From contig DAHXKG010000013.1 in the NCBI GenBank assembly GCA_027366525.1, positions 294 through 45,666 on the forward strand: a DNA stretch of 45,373 nucleotides. Reading direction: 5' to 3'. Under the pieces are notes generated by a model, which was not told the DNA's origin, did not search any database, and saw only the letters and a list, made by a program, of their open reading frames with translations. A program made the position numbers and the translations under genes. Within the stretch, counting starts at the first letter, position 1, and each line of letters starts with the position of its first letter. This DNA comes from a candidate division FCPU426 bacterium (GTDB lineage: Bacteria > Oederibacteriota > Muellerivitia > Muellerivitales > DAHXKG01). Of this stretch, positions 28,495-39,777 are shown in pieces.

Positions 28495-29535
28495 TCATTG
28501 TAGCCCTATCATTAATATTTCCTGCATCCGTTCTGGATAACTATACTTGGATTTGATACATCGCATTCGTCCAGCTTGGGCAATTTTTTTTCTTAGTGAT
28601 TCATGCTTTAAATAAAATTTACATTTATCCACCAATTCTTCTTTTGTTTCAAAAAACTCGGCTTCTTTACCCTCTTGAAATAAAGATAAATGTTCTTGAG
28701 TTCGCTCCCCCAGCATAAACGCTCCACAAGCAGGAATTTCAATCGATCGCTGTGTTTGCAAATCAAAATTCATTTTTCTTAAAAAACACAAATTAATATC
28801 AAAACTACAAATCGTTTTCCCATAGTTTTTTCCTTCTATTGCTCTTCGCATGATTAATACATTACTATTCGTTTTTTGAATTCGTTCCCAGTCTGATCCA
28901 TAAATCACAACTTGAAGTCCCTGATTTCCTAGATATTGTAAATAAGAGAATCGATCATTCTCATATGTTCCAATAAATCCAATTGCGCCTCCAAATTTAT
29001 TTTTGAATTTTGATGAAATGCGATGCTGACGATGCGTACATGGATCATATCCATTTCCTTGAAACAAAACACGTTTAACTCCTATTTTTTGATGCCATTG
29101 AACAGCATACGATTTCGTTGTAACAAAGAGATCATAATATTTGGAGTGTTCAATAAATAATAGACTATTATTATGACGCATCTCCATATAATCGGGAGAA
29201 TACCCGATGACTTTAATAGCAGGAAATTGTTGTTTAATTCGCTTAATGGTCTGCGAAGAAACATAATTACCCTTGTCAATCCAAAGAACATCCCATGTTT
29301 TTTTAAAAGCCGTTTGCAAAATGGTTTGATTGATAACCTTTATCTGAAATTTTAAAGAAGGAAGAGTATGTTGATAACACCATTCATTAAGCCTTAAAAA
29401 AAAATTTATTTTTTCAGGTTGATGTTGAACGAGTGTTACTGAATGTCCATTTTTTTTTAAGGCTTGGTAACGTTGAAGACTGGTTCCGGAAGGAACACCT
29501 AAATATAAAATTTGAAGATGTTGTTTGTTCATCAT
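28495..29535 (-). CDS. Putative glycosyltransferase (CgeB-like / GT1-like C-terminal domain)
   Basis: C-terminal …FETKEELVDKCKFYLKHESLRKKIAQAGRMRCIKSKYSYPERMQEIL resembles the tail of GT-B (Glyco_trans_1_2/CgeB) enzymes. Overlaps the upstream GT4 stop by 4 nt (ATGA). Confidence 0.45.
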   Translation of the reverse strand: MMNKQHLQILYLGVPSGTSLQRYQALKKNGHSVTLVQHQPEKINFFLRLNEWCYQHTLPSLKFQIKVINQTILQTAFKKTWDVLWIDKGNYVSSQTIKRIKQQFPAIKVIGYSPDYMEMRHNNSLLFIEHSKYYDLFVTTKSYAVQWHQKIGVKRVLFQGNGYDPCTHRQHRISSKFKNKFGGAIGFIGTYENDRFSYLQYLGNQGLQVVIYGSDWERIQKTNSNVLIMRRAIEGKNYGKTICSFDINLCFLRKMNFDLQTQRSIEIPACGAFMLGERTQEHLSLFQEGKEAEFFETKEELVDKCKFYLKHESLRKKIAQAGRMRCIKSKYSYPERMQEILMIGLQ

Positions 29536-30668
29536 GTTGTTAAAGTTTCTAAAAATTGATTATATCGATTTCCATACGCTCGCCAAGACATTTTTTCAAG
29601 ACTATTATTTGAAATTTGTCGTAAGCCCTTTTGTTGTCGAGCTATTTCCACAACTTTTTCAATTCCTCTTTTAAGACTTTCAACATCATTGGATGGAACA
29701 ACAGTTATTAGTTTTTTTTCAGTAGGTGTTAAAATTTCCATCAAATCTTCTCCACCAGTTTTATCCGAACAAACAATCGGAAGACCACAGGCAAGCGCTT
29801 GGCCAAGAACTAGTGCCATTCCTTCTTCCCGAGACGGCAAAACAAAGAGATGGGCTTGGGCATAAATCAATGCCAACTGGGTTTGATCAACCTTTCCTAT
29901 ATGTTTAAAATTTTCTAATCTCGGAAACGGACAATCACCAAGTATTCCCACATGTACAAGCTGATAAGTACTTTTGTATAATGCTTGGCTCAATAAATCA
30001 CATCCTTTCCGATAACTCCAAGTTCCTGCCATGCAAATCACTAAGGGGGCTAGTGGTGGAGCTATTGTCGGTTTAAAATGAATTAAAGAAGTTCCGTAAG
30101 GATTACGAAAAATTTTTTTAGCAGAAACACCTTCTTCAATCATGCTTTTAAAAACATGGTGGGATGGAACCACAATGATGTCGGCAACTGCATAGTCCCG
30201 CAATTCTCGAAAAATTGCTGAGTTTGAAACAGTTACTGCTTTTTTATTAAGATTAGCACAAACCTGATCCATGATTTTTTTTTGAGATTGAATATGTCTG
30301 GATCCTCTCTCAATTAAAATTTTTGCATTCCACTTTTTTTTAGCGAGAACGACACTCCGGTAAAAACATCCAGACATGGCAATCACAATATCACAGGGTT
30401 CCATAGTTTCGGATACGATTAGATCCATTAACCAAATTGAAAAATTATTTGCTTTGTCTCCTAAGAAACTCCCACCGGTTAAACGTGCTATTAAGTAATG
30501 TAACCCCAACGTCCAAACAGGCCGTGCACATTGGGGGGGTAATCCAAATTGAGAAGTTCGAAATTTTGGAACATATGAATAAAATCGAACCTCATGTCCT
30601 AGCATTGATAATTCACGAGCCAAATCACAAACGTGAAATCGTCCTGGCGTAAGAATATTAATTCTCAT
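29532..30668 (-). CDS. Glycosyltransferase family 4
   Basis: EX7E region LPSREEGMALVLGQALACGLPIVCSDKTGGEDLM. GT-B length (378 aa). Confidence 0.8.
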   Translation of the reverse strand: MRINILTPGRFHVCDLARELSMLGHEVRFYSYVPKFRTSQFGLPPQCARPVWTLGLHYLIARLTGGSFLGDKANNFSIWLMDLIVSETMEPCDIVIAMSGCFYRSVVLAKKKWNAKILIERGSRHIQSQKKIMDQVCANLNKKAVTVSNSAIFRELRDYAVADIIVVPSHHVFKSMIEEGVSAKKIFRNPYGTSLIHFKPTIAPPLAPLVICMAGTWSYRKGCDLLSQALYKSTYQLVHVGILGDCPFPRLENFKHIGKVDQTQLALIYAQAHLFVLPSREEGMALVLGQALACGLPIVCSDKTGGEDLMEILTPTEKKLITVVPSNDVESLKRGIEKVVEIARQQKGLRQISNNSLEKMSWRAYGNRYNQFLETLTT

Positions 30669-30685
30669 TCCTAAGTTACTCCTTA

Positions 30686-32122
30686 CTAAATTTTATTGTT
30701 CATCCATCGCTTCATTAAAGTACTCATTAACAATCTACCTCCTCCTAAATCGCTTTTCCACCATAGTAAGGCACTCAAAATAACAAATCCAAACATTAGA
30801 CCCAGTTGTATTGTCAACACTGTTGTTATTGACAATCTCCAGCATAAAATCCAAGCACCTGCATTTAAAACTATAGGAACTATAAATTTTTTTAAGTGGC
30901 CTTTGAATATAGAACTATATACCCACGCCATGTAAGTGAAACTTCCTATTAAAGTTCCTAAAGCAAATCCAATACTTGCACCGATAACTTGATCCATCAG
31001 AGCCCCCTGCCAAGTCAAGATTCCATTTAAAACCACTTGTATTGTGGATGCGATGACTAATTTTTGATATTTTCCATTCGCGGTTAACCAAGCAGATCCC
31101 ACTACCCAAAATCCACGAAATATAAGCCCGCTACTTAATATGATTGCTAATGGAATTGCGGGAAACCATTGAGACGGTAAAACCAATTGCATTAAATCCT
31201 GAAACAATAACGCTTGTGTTCCACATACAATAAACACAATTGCGGTGAGTATATGTGCAGATTTTAGTGCCACTTGATTCAATAAAACTGGTTTATGGTT
31301 AATATACGTAAAACTGGGAAATAATATTTCTTTTAAATTAATTGCCAAAAGAAAAATCAGTTGATTGGCAATCATCCACCCCCAAGAAAAAAAACCCGTA
31401 TTTTGATTTCCAAGATAAATTCCGCAAATAAAAATAGGAAGTTGAGTTTGTAATCCGAATAAAAGTCCTGTAATGGCAATGGTTAGTGAAGGATATATAA
31501 GTAATCGAATTGTATTCCAGTTTGGATGTTCAAAACGGAACGAAGCCCCTTGCCGATACATGATAATCATGTTAATAATTTGCTTCGGAATCAATGGAAC
31601 AATTAACGCATATGGACCCCATCCTAACCAAGCTAAAAAAATAACTAATGGCGTGAAAACCATCCCTCCTATAAATTGCGAAAATGCAATGCTTTTATAG
31701 TTCAATTTACTCTTGAGATCCGCAGCCAAAATCGTAGCGGGAGCTCCTATTAAATTTGCCACTGCAAGAATTAGAAGAAGATTTCCATCAATATTTTTTT
31801 TGTAAAAAAAATTTATCAGCGCAATCAAAGCGATTATCAACGAAGTGAGTAATGAAAATGTTCCTGAGAGCCAAAAAGCTTGACCAGATTCTTGATTAAC
31901 CTTTTTCCGTTGCAAAAGAACATCACCAATACCTCCCACTGATAGTATGGCGGTAAACGCAATTACTGATTGGACCCAATTAGCTATTCCAACATCCTTC
32001 GGCAATAAAAGCCATGTAAGAGCCAGTTGACCTAAAACGGTCACAACTTTGTTTAGACTAGAAAAAAAAACACTCCAAAATGCGTTCTTGATCGTTTGAT
32101 ATCTAATGTCCATAGAATACAC
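30686..32122 (-). CDS. wzx: Wzx-type oligosaccharide flippase (MOP/polysaccharide biosynthesis protein family)
   Basis: 478 aa with ~12-14 TM helices. The N-terminal TIKNAFWSVFFSSLNKVVTVLGQLALTWLLLPKDVGI is the typical Wzx/PST-family start. Confidence 0.75.
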   Translation of the reverse strand: MYSMDIRYQTIKNAFWSVFFSSLNKVVTVLGQLALTWLLLPKDVGIANWVQSVIAFTAILSVGGIGDVLLQRKKVNQESGQAFWLSGTFSLLTSLIIALIALINFFYKKNIDGNLLLILAVANLIGAPATILAADLKSKLNYKSIAFSQFIGGMVFTPLVIFLAWLGWGPYALIVPLIPKQIINMIIMYRQGASFRFEHPNWNTIRLLIYPSLTIAITGLLFGLQTQLPIFICGIYLGNQNTGFFSWGWMIANQLIFLLAINLKEILFPSFTYINHKPVLLNQVALKSAHILTAIVFIVCGTQALLFQDLMQLVLPSQWFPAIPLAIILSSGLIFRGFWVVGSAWLTANGKYQKLVIASTIQVVLNGILTWQGALMDQVIGASIGFALGTLIGSFTYMAWVYSSIFKGHLKKFIVPIVLNAGAWILCWRLSITTVLTIQLGLMFGFVILSALLWWKSDLGGGRLLMSTLMKRWMNNKI

Positions 32123-32170
32123 TGATTACCTTAAGTTGGATCCGCAGATGCACGGTCTATATTTCAAAGT

Positions 32171-33364
32171 TCAGATAAAATGATTCATTGTACTTTGAAC
32201 CGCTTGATAAATACCTTCAACTGTGAATTGATTGTTGTAGAATAGACTAATAAGATTTCTTGCATGAATTCCCATTTGTTTGACTTGCATAGGTTGATTA
32301 ACTAATTTTTCAATATACAAAGCCAACGCATTAACATCTCCTTCAGGAAATACATAACCTGTAACTCCTGGTTTAACTAGATCAAATCGAGAACCCACGC
32401 CATCAGAAACAATCACTGGAAGCCCAAATTGCATGGCCTCATTCACCGCCAATCCCCAAGTTTCAAATTTTGAAGGTAATACCGCTAGATCCGCTGCCTG
32501 ATAAAACTTCCCCAGTTGAGATTGGTTAACAAATCCTTGAAAAATCAATTGATGAGGAAGATAACGGTGAGCAAAAGATTGAATCTCTTGGTTCATGGGG
32601 CCTTCGCCCATTAAAATGCACTTAATGTCATCTCTTTTAAGTTTTGCAATTGCTTGTAGAAGCAATAGTGGATTTTTACGTGGAATGAATTTTCCTGAAA
32701 AAATAATTACAAAATCAGTTGGCGCAAGGTTCAAGTCTCGACGGCTCTTTTCACGGCTAAACTGAGTGCGTTGTTTTTCAAACAAATCTGTGTCAACTGA
32801 ATATGGACAAAATGTCATTTGGGATTCAGAAATTCCATGCTGGATTAAATGACGCCTTGCATTTTCACCAATAACTCCAAAATGATGAATCTCTTTATAA
32901 AACCAAGACAAGTATGTTCTATGAATAATCTCTAAAGCAAAGGGGCGTCTTCTGTCAGTAAGTTCACCTTGAAAAATCAATCGATTTTTCAAGCGAGAGC
33001 GTAGTTGTCGTATCTGAACAGCAAATCCATAGGTGTACCCTTGAATAAGAATGCAGTCAAATGAATTCGATTTTAAAAAATCATATGCATGAGGAATTTT
33101 AATGGACCACGGATTATTCAAATTAGCATCATGTGAAATAAAAACACTTTTATACCCGCTCAATAAATCAATATCCCAAGTAATAGCTTTATTAAATCCA
33201 GGATCAAATCCATTCCTTAAACTATTATCACTGAAGAAGTATACCGTCATGTCTAATTGTGGTTTTAAAGCCAACTTTTTCCAAATAGGACAAAAATATT
33301 GTATCGGATGGGTTGTAAAAATACCAAGTTTGATCATCTTAATTTTTTCAAATAATTTTATCAC
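32171..33364 (-). CDS. Glycosyltransferase family 4
   Basis: LAVLPSKFETWGLAVNEAMQFGLPVIVSDGVG (EX7E motif). GT-B length (397 aa). Confidence 0.8.
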   Translation of the reverse strand: MIKLFEKIKMIKLGIFTTHPIQYFCPIWKKLALKPQLDMTVYFFSDNSLRNGFDPGFNKAITWDIDLLSGYKSVFISHDANLNNPWSIKIPHAYDFLKSNSFDCILIQGYTYGFAVQIRQLRSRLKNRLIFQGELTDRRRPFALEIIHRTYLSWFYKEIHHFGVIGENARRHLIQHGISESQMTFCPYSVDTDLFEKQRTQFSREKSRRDLNLAPTDFVIIFSGKFIPRKNPLLLLQAIAKLKRDDIKCILMGEGPMNQEIQSFAHRYLPHQLIFQGFVNQSQLGKFYQAADLAVLPSKFETWGLAVNEAMQFGLPVIVSDGVGSRFDLVKPGVTGYVFPEGDVNALALYIEKLVNQPMQVKQMGIHARNLISLFYNNQFTVEGIYQAVQSTMNHFI

Positions 33365-33505
33365 ATCACAAAAACAACTTATGAATAGCTTATCTTATTT
33401 CTTTTGATTTTGATATCAATTCAAAAATTGATTATTAATACTTTCCCATTGAATTCACGTTATTTTGTTCGTGTTTCTTTTACCATGATTATTTTTCAAC
33501 CGCGA

Positions 33506-36500
33506 TTAATGAAGAACCACGAACTTAACAATTTGATGACCAAGTTGATGACCCGAAGCACCTTGTAGTGTCGCCACGGCCAAATAAAGCCCACTCGCCA
33601 AATTAGAAACTGAATATGTTGCTGAATTGGCTCCAAGGTTGCCTGCAAATTCATCTACCAATTCACCAGCCGTATCATAAACCCGAACACGACTGATTGT
33701 CCAATTCGCCGATCCCACCGGAGGAATTACGCGTAACGTCAATATATCCTGACCATAATTTAAAATATTGGGAGCAGCATAAACCGTTCCTGTTTCCGTT
33801 GCGCCACTTAATACACTGACTTCCTGAGTTACAACTACTTGTGATCCGCTACCGGAATTTGAAATAATTTCAATAAAATAATCGCCATTGGACACAATCG
33901 TACCGTTATCATTTCGTCCATTCCAAGTAGTGGTTCCAATAGTGCCACCCGAATTATTCAGCCATGTAATTTTCATCTGTGGAGCATTCACTGTGTTATT
34001 AGGCGCTAAAACATTTGTAGATATTTGGGCATTAGTTGCTTCTGTTTGAGTGCTATAATCTGTTGTCTGTGTATAAAGATGTCGTACCACCTCACCTGAT
34101 TCGTTATAAATTTCAACAGAAATAGTTTGTATATCTCGATTCACGGTCACAGTTTTGGTTTCGGTGGTCACATTCCCAAAGGGATCCGCATTATCAATGG
34201 TAATATAATATTGCCCATTTGCAACAGGTTGATTGGCATTATTGGTTCCATTCCAAGTTCCGATCAAAGTACCTTGATAGTAGATGCCAATGGTCGTTTC
34301 CAAATTTTGAATTTCATCAGTAGACAAAAGTTGGACATTGTTGATCGGCTCAGAATATTTGGCAACTAGAATCTGTTTAACAATTTCACCGGATCCATTA
34401 TAAACATTGATCGTTACTGTATAAATACCTGTCGTGGTTACTGGCGCATTGGCCACTACTGGAGGATGCTCTAAATCACCCCATACAGCTTGGTTATTAA
34501 TTACATCCCCTCCAACAATGACCTGATTCACTGTTGCGGTATAGCTGAATGTGTAAATCCCTGGAACAACTGTTCCTAAATTCCAAATCAGAAGTGTCGA
34601 TGGCGCACTTCCACCTAAACTGGTAGTCACCGTTGCTTGAGGAGTTACATTTCCAGTATAAGTTAATCCGGCAGGAACGGTATCCCAAAGCATGGCATCT
34701 TGAGCCATGTTATTGGAAACATATGCCCGAATGGTATATGTTTCTGGAGCCCCCGCAGCAGGAGACAAATTGGACGCAATTTTAGTTAATTGAACCGTAA
34801 CCACGGGCGTTGGCGTGTTTGTTGGTGTTGGAGTAACCGTTGGCGTAAAAGTCAACGTGGGTGTAGGAGTACTGGTAGACGTATCCGTAACTGTCGGTGT
34901 ATTGGTTGACGTAAAAGTGGGTGTGGCCGTCAACGTATTCGTAGGTGTGGCCGTAGGCGTAGCCGTTAAGGTATTAGTTGGAGTTGAAGTAACTGTCAAA
35001 GTAGGTGTGGCCGTAGGTGTATTGGTTGGAGTAAAGGTATTCGTGGGAGTAAAGGTGTTCGTTGGTGTTGCTGTATTGGTTGGTGTCTCAGTCGGTGTAA
35101 AAGTGGGTGTCGGCGTTGCCGATGGAACCGGTGTGTTCGTAGGTGTATAAGTTGGTGTGTTAGTGGGCGTAGCTGTGGGTGTCACTGTAAAAGTATTGGT
35201 CGGTGTATTCGTAAATGTGGGTGTAGACGTCATTGTAAATGTATTGGTCGGTGTAAACGTGGGTGTTTGGGTTGGAGTATTGGTTGCAGTAAATGTAGCA
35301 GTTGCCGTCGGCGTTGGCGTAGGAGTATTTGTTGCAGTTGGAGTTGGCGTATTCGTGGGCGTATTCGTAGGTGTAAACGTGGGTGTTTGAGTTGGAGTAT
35401 TGGTTGGAGTAAATGTAGGAGTTGCAGTCGGTGTTTGTGTAGGAGTATTCGTCGCAGTTGAAGTTGGCGTATTCGTGGGTGTAGGCGTTTGAGTCGGGGT
35501 ATTCGTCGGCGTACTTGTATTCGTTGCCGTAGGTGTTGGCGTATTTGTTGTACAAGAATTAACTGTTACAGTCACTGAATTTGAAGTTAATGTTTGAGGC
35601 GAACCTGAAACCGTTCCACTGATATTCGCCACATTAACTTGCTGGGTTGGATTACACGTCACTGCAGCAGACCATGTCACTGATCCGTCTAAATCATAAA
35701 CTGTAACCGGGTTAGCTCCACCTACATCCCACACTAGACTTGGTGAAGTTTGAGATGGTGTTAGACTCGAACTGCCTGCAACATAGGTTTCTCCGGCTGG
35801 AATAGGGTCTGTCAACACCGGACTAATAACAGGATCAGCTGAAATCATGCTAAGGTTTGCATATAATTGTCGTCCGGCTGTATAGTTTCCAGAAACAGAG
35901 GTTGGATCGGCTACCCATCCATAATAATACGTTCCACCAGCCGCTTCTGTATTACATGGCATCGTGGTGGTGGTGTAAGTAATGTCCCATCCGGCAGGTT
36001 CAGCCGTCCCAACGGGCCAAACTTTTATATTGATCGTATACGTACCCGTCGCTGAATTGTAATTAATCTGCGATAAAACCGTATACCATGTATTGAACCC
36101 AATATAATTGCTTCCAAATTGATTCATGGCAGAGGATTGAAAATGAGGAGAATTGACAGAAGCCACTGTCGCATAATTATGAGAACCATCGTTTTGCTGG
36201 AGTGCTAAGTTTCCTGGAACATCATCGATTGAAAGAATCACATCAAACCCATAGTTATTGGAGGGATTACTCATAATCGCCATGGTCGCATCTTCACCTG
36301 CACCATTTGCGCTCCCATTTTGAAGGAGTGAAGGAATATAAATATTCCCTTCAATAATCCAAGTTCCACCCGTACATGCGCCAACATTCGTTGGACTTTG
36401 TCTTAAAAGAGCTTCATACCCATTGGTATTATTGATATTATTGGGGTTAGCTTCTACATCAATATAATTTCCATTTCCAGGAGATCCCACCGGTGCTGTT

Positions 36501-37681
36501 GCATTATTCTGAACTTCCCAATTATCTTCTTGAGATGTGCCTGAAAGTGCATACGTTGTTCCATCAAAACCAGTAATGTTACTCCCGGTGGTTGTCGTTG
36601 ATGGAGCGGAGTCATTATTATACGTATCATACGTTTGCAAACTAGTTTGTCCAATCGAATACTGTAATGCATATGTAACCGGACTCCCTGCAGTCAAACC
36701 CATGGATGGACCTATAATACTTTTAATTAATTGAAAATCTCCACCCACCGTTACTTGTGCTGGATTCGAAATCACCGTTCCTGTTGCGGCGGATCCTGCA
36801 CTTGCAGTATTGGTAATTGTCCCTGAGGAAAACCCACTACTCACACGAGTCAAAAACCAAACGTATCCTTGAGGTGTTGTACTGGTATTATTAATAACCC
36901 ATTGGATGACTGAACCTGCGCCACCAGTCCCGCTTACTAAAGTTCCTCCTGGACTAATCACCGCACTCATGGTTCCGCTGGCTAAACTAGTATTAGCAGG
37001 AATCGTATCAGTAATCGTTATGGGACTCGTATTAATCGCAGTATAGTCAATTCGAAATAAAACTAAATCTCCAGCCAAAGCGCTGTTTCCTATTGCTTCT
37101 TTAGAAATAGTTAAGCTTGGAGTTACTGATGTATAATTCACATTAATCGGGGTGTATCCTTGTTCGCTTGACGGAATACTACCTGCATTACTACATTGAA
37201 TATCATCGGTTTGCGCTCCAACCACAATATTGTAGGATCCCACGGTCATCGTCGTTGGAATTTGTACATCAAACACTTGAGTTGCAGGACAAGGCCCCAC
37301 GGCCGCTGCGTTTCCAGAATCCCAACCATTATTATCGGTATAATCATTTTGAGTAGAAGTCAAAGGATTGGCTGGACCAGCTGGATTATTGCCGTCCACT
37401 AAAAAATGTTGATCGGGTTGAGGACAATCTTGGATCGTCGTTGAACTTGAGGGTTCTAACGCAACATCAAAATAGGTATTGTTATACGATGCATTTTCAC
37501 AGTAGACAACTGTAACTCCTATATCTGAACCTGGAGCTGGATTGGTATTAGAGACAGTTACTGAGGTTACCGAAGCTGTAGCATGTGCCAAGATAGGCAG
37601 TAGCATCCCAAAAAGAAAAACGAATCCAAAATAAAATCGTTTTTTAATTTTATCACCACGCGTCGCCATATCACTCACCAT
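33506..37681 (-). CDS. Giant secreted cell-surface protein: signal peptide + DUF11-like repeats + FlgD-Ig-like repeats + ~260-aa Thr/Pro/Asn linker + T9SS (Por) C-terminal sorting-domain-like tail
   Basis: Signal peptide [24 protein letters not shown]11/conserved-repeat-like segments ([40 protein letters not shown]; [27 protein letters not shown]…[11 protein letters not shown]). Three …YN(G/E)SGE(I/V)V… Ig-like repeats. Residues ~705-965 are almost pure (T/N/S/A/F)-P-T repeats. The last ~85 aa ([18 protein letters not shown]…[11 protein letters not shown]…[10 protein letters not shown]…KFVVLH) resemble the TIGR04183 Por secretion C-terminal domain. It is the first gene of a minus-strand operon continuing into GT4/wzx/GT4 genes. 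Confidence 0.75.
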   Translation of the reverse strand: MVSDMATRGDKIKKRFYFGFVFLFGMLLPILAHATASVTSVTVSNTNPAPGSDIGVTVVYCENASYNNTYFDVALEPSSSTTIQDCPQPDQHFLVDGNNPAGPANPLTSTQNDYTDNNGWDSGNAAAVGPCPATQVFDVQIPTTMTVGSYNIVVGAQTDDIQCSNAGSIPSSEQGYTPINVNYTSVTPSLTISKEAIGNSALAGDLVLFRIDYTAINTSPITITDTIPANTSLASGTMSAVISPGGTLVSGTGGAGSVIQWVINNTSTTPQGYVWFLTRVSSGFSSGTITNTASAGSAATGTVISNPAQVTVGGDFQLIKSIIGPSMGLTAGSPVTYALQYSIGQTSLQTYDTYNNDSAPSTTTTGSNITGFDGTTYALSGTSQEDNWEVQNNATAPVGSPGNGNYIDVEANPNNINNTNGYEALLRQSPTNVGACTGGTWIIEGNIYIPSLLQNGSANGAGEDATMAIMSNPSNNYGFDVILSIDDVPGNLALQQNDGSHNYATVASVNSPHFQSSAMNQFGSNYIGFNTWYTVLSQINYNSATGTYTINIKVWPVGTAEPAGWDITYTTTTMPCNTEAAGGTYYYGWVADPTSVSGNYTAGRQLYANLSMISADPVISPVLTDPIPAGETYVAGSSSLTPSQTSPSLVWDVGGANPVTVYDLDGSVTWSAAVTCNPTQQVNVANISGTVSGSPQTLTSNSVTVTVNSCTTNTPTPTATNTSTPTNTPTQTPTPTNTPTSTATNTPTQTPTATPTFTPTNTPTQTPTFTPTNTPTNTPTPTATNTPTPTPTATATFTATNTPTQTPTFTPTNTFTMTSTPTFTNTPTNTFTVTPTATPTNTPTYTPTNTPVPSATPTPTFTPTETPTNTATPTNTFTPTNTFTPTNTPTATPTLTVTSTPTNTLTATPTATPTNTLTATPTFTSTNTPTVTDTSTSTPTPTLTFTPTVTPTPTNTPTPVVTVQLTKIASNLSPAAGAPETYTIRAYVSNNMAQDAMLWDTVPAGLTYTGNVTPQATVTTSLGGSAPSTLLIWNLGTVVPGIYTFSYTATVNQVIVGGDVINNQAVWGDLEHPPVVANAPVTTTGIYTVTINVYNGSGEIVKQILVAKYSEPINNVQLLSTDEIQNLETTIGIYYQGTLIGTWNGTNNANQPVANGQYYITIDNADPFGNVTTETKTVTVNRDIQTISVEIYNESGEVVRHLYTQTTDYSTQTEATNAQISTNVLAPNNTVNAPQMKITWLNNSGGTIGTTTWNGRNDNGTIVSNGDYFIEIISNSGSGSQVVVTQEVSVLSGATETGTVYAAPNILNYGQDILTLRVIPPVGSANWTISRVRVYDTAGELVDEFAGNLGANSATYSVSNLASGLYLAVATLQGASGHQLGHQIVKFVVLH
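34790..35570 (-). repeat. Low-complexity coding repeat encoding the TPT/NTPT mucin-like linker (contains a ~120-bp internal near-duplication)
   Basis: The plus strand is a degenerate ggtgt/ggcgt-rich periodic sequence. The segments ~35225-35345 and ~35365-35485 are near-identical (tattcgtaggtgtaaacgtgggtgttt(g/a)gttggagtattggtt…). This produces spurious ORFs on the antisense strand and in alternative frames (poly-VGV, CRS/RRW-rich). Confidence 0.8.
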
Positions 37682-38149
37682 TATAATCGTTTACCTTGCC
37701 AAATTAATCGTTTTATCTTCTCTAAATTATACTCTGAATTTTAAAGTTCGTCTAATTAAGTTTTTATCCTAATTTGAAAATAGTGTCTATCCTTGATAGT
37801 AATTAAAATTCACTCCAAATTCTAAAAAAACCTTATAACATCGATCTTTTTAAAAAACAAAGCCATATTATTAAAATATTCAAAAAATAAGCTATTAACT
37901 TTAGAAATAAGTCTATTGTGAATTTTATCTATAATTCTTAGTTCTCGCTCCAATTAGGGTTGCATTGAATTAATAAAGCTTTCATTCAACTCTCTCTTCA
38001 ATAAAATTCTTTAGCTTCAATTGCCTTGATGGGTTCAAAATCAATTCAAATGCTTGGCATGGCTTCAATTTTGCATAATCATCTTTTTAAAATTGAATTC
38101 ACTTTGAAAAATTTTAAAATTTAAGTATGATTCGAACAAGTGAATTCAA

Positions 38150-39700
38150 ATGTCCGATCCTAAAAATATATCCTTAGCTCAACTCACAAACAAAAAATTA
38201 TTAATTAAAAATTCGCTTTGGAATTTTATTGGTCAGCTAATTCCACTAACAATGGCGGCTATCAGCATGCCTATTTTGATTCATCGATTAGGCTCCGTTC
38301 GTTTCGGCATTCTTATCCTAGCTTGGACTTTAATTGGATATTTAGGATTATTAGATTTTGGAATTGGAAGCGCTATGGCTCAATCCATTTCAAAAAAATT
38401 AGGTCAAAACCAAATTGACGAAATTCCTCCCACCATTGGAACAGCTTTATTGGCAGTTGGCTTTTCAGGATTTACAGGAGGTCTTTTAGCTTTTTTACTT
38501 GCTCCAATGTTGGTACACCATTTTTACCATGCCTCACCTGCCATTCAAAAAGAACTGCTTCTTTGCCTTAGAATTATGGCCCTGTCGCTTCCCTTAGTCA
38601 TTGTATCTCATGTTTTAAGTGGTGCTTTAGCTGCTAAACAAAAATTTAAATTATTAAATCAAATACGCATTCCATTGGGAACCATGAACTTTTTAATTCC
38701 TTTGATCATTTTAAATTTCACCACTCACGTCTACTGGATTGTTGGATTTTTAGCCTGCTCCCGTCTCATCGGATTTTTTCTATATATTTATTCATGTTTC
38801 AAGGAATATCAAGTGCAATTCAAGCATTTAAAAATTCAATGGGATTATCTAAAATCGTTGATTGTTTTTGGAGGGTGGGTAACCATTACCAGCCTTGTCA
38901 GTCCGATTCTAGTTACTTTCGATCGGTTTATCATTGGATCCTTTATTTCCATCGCTGCCATTGCCTACTACTCTACTCCTTATGAATTAGCCAATAAAAT
39001 TCAAATTTTTTCATCTCCTCTGATTCAAGTTTTATTTCCGGCATTGGCTTCAAGCTATCAAACGACATCCGACAAAACTACTCTTTTACTCAAAGAAAAT
39101 ACCAAAATAGTGTTTTTTTTACTCTTCCCGATTACGTTAACTGTCGTTTGCTTTGCTCGATTATTTCTATCATTATGGCTAGGTAACACTTTTGCCGCAC
39201 ATAGTGAGAAAGTTTTACAATTAATCGTCATTGGCGTTACCTTCAATATTCTTGCGCAGTTTTTTTACATTCTGATTCAAGGGGCAGGACGTCCAGATTT
39301 GACAGCGAAAAATCATCTTGCTGAAATTCCTTTTTATTTAATTGTTCTATTTTTATTTATACACTGGTTTGGAATTACAGGCGTTGCTTGGGCTTGGATC
39401 ATACGAGTGATACTGGACCTTGGACTTCTCGCTTGGCAGTCCTATCATATTATTTTAAAAAGAATGATTTTTTCAGTACCTGTATTCTCTTGGATGACCG
39501 GATCATTAATTTTTCTATTGGGAACAACATTTCTTCATCTTTCGTTAATTACACACCTCATTCTCTACATGATCCTCTTGATTGTTTTCCTTAATATCAG
39601 TTGGTTAAAATTTTTAGACAGTTCAGAAAAAACACTTCTCAAAAAATTTTTTATTCAATTTATTCTCAGAAAAAATTTCTCAACCTCACATCATTTGTAA
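38150..39700 (+). CDS. Polysaccharide biosynthesis protein / Wzx-like flippase (MOP superfamily), second copy
   Basis: 516 aa polytopic. The N-terminal LLIKNSLWNFIGQLIPLTMAAISMPILIHRLGSVRFGILILAWTLIGYLGLLDFGIG is the typical PST-family N-terminus. Divergent from the giant surface-protein gene. Confidence 0.7.
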   Translation: MSDPKNISLAQLTNKKLLIKNSLWNFIGQLIPLTMAAISMPILIHRLGSVRFGILILAWTLIGYLGLLDFGIGSAMAQSISKKLGQNQIDEIPPTIGTALLAVGFSGFTGGLLAFLLAPMLVHHFYHASPAIQKELLLCLRIMALSLPLVIVSHVLSGALAAKQKFKLLNQIRIPLGTMNFLIPLIILNFTTHVYWIVGFLACSRLIGFFLYIYSCFKEYQVQFKHLKIQWDYLKSLIVFGGWVTITSLVSPILVTFDRFIIGSFISIAAIAYYSTPYELANKIQIFSSPLIQVLFPALASSYQTTSDKTTLLLKENTKIVFFLLFPITLTVVCFARLFLSLWLGNTFAAHSEKVLQLIVIGVTFNILAQFFYILIQGAGRPDLTAKNHLAEIPFYLIVLFLFIHWFGITGVAWAWIIRVILDLGLLAWQSYHIILKRMIFSVPVFSWMTGSLIFLLGTTFLHLSLITHLILYMILLIVFLNISWLKFLDSSEKTLLKKFFIQFILRKNFSTSHHL

Positions 39701-39777
39701 TCAATTATTTCTGTCGAGACTCTCATTTGACATTCGCGTCATACTGAATTACAATAATCTTAAAAACTTAATTCGAT

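Noticed and set aside
34790-35570. Periodic short repeats that might be mistaken for a CRISPR array or tandem-repeat locus; ORFs 34815..35150(+), 35157..35390(+), 35267..35461(+), 35160..35555(-)
   Set aside because: The periodicity is 6-9 bp, degenerate, and lies entirely inside the reading frame of the 1391-aa gene where it encodes the TPT linker. The poly-VGV, Cys/Arg-rich and Tyr/Asn-rich ORFs are antisense or out-of-frame artefacts of that low-complexity region.
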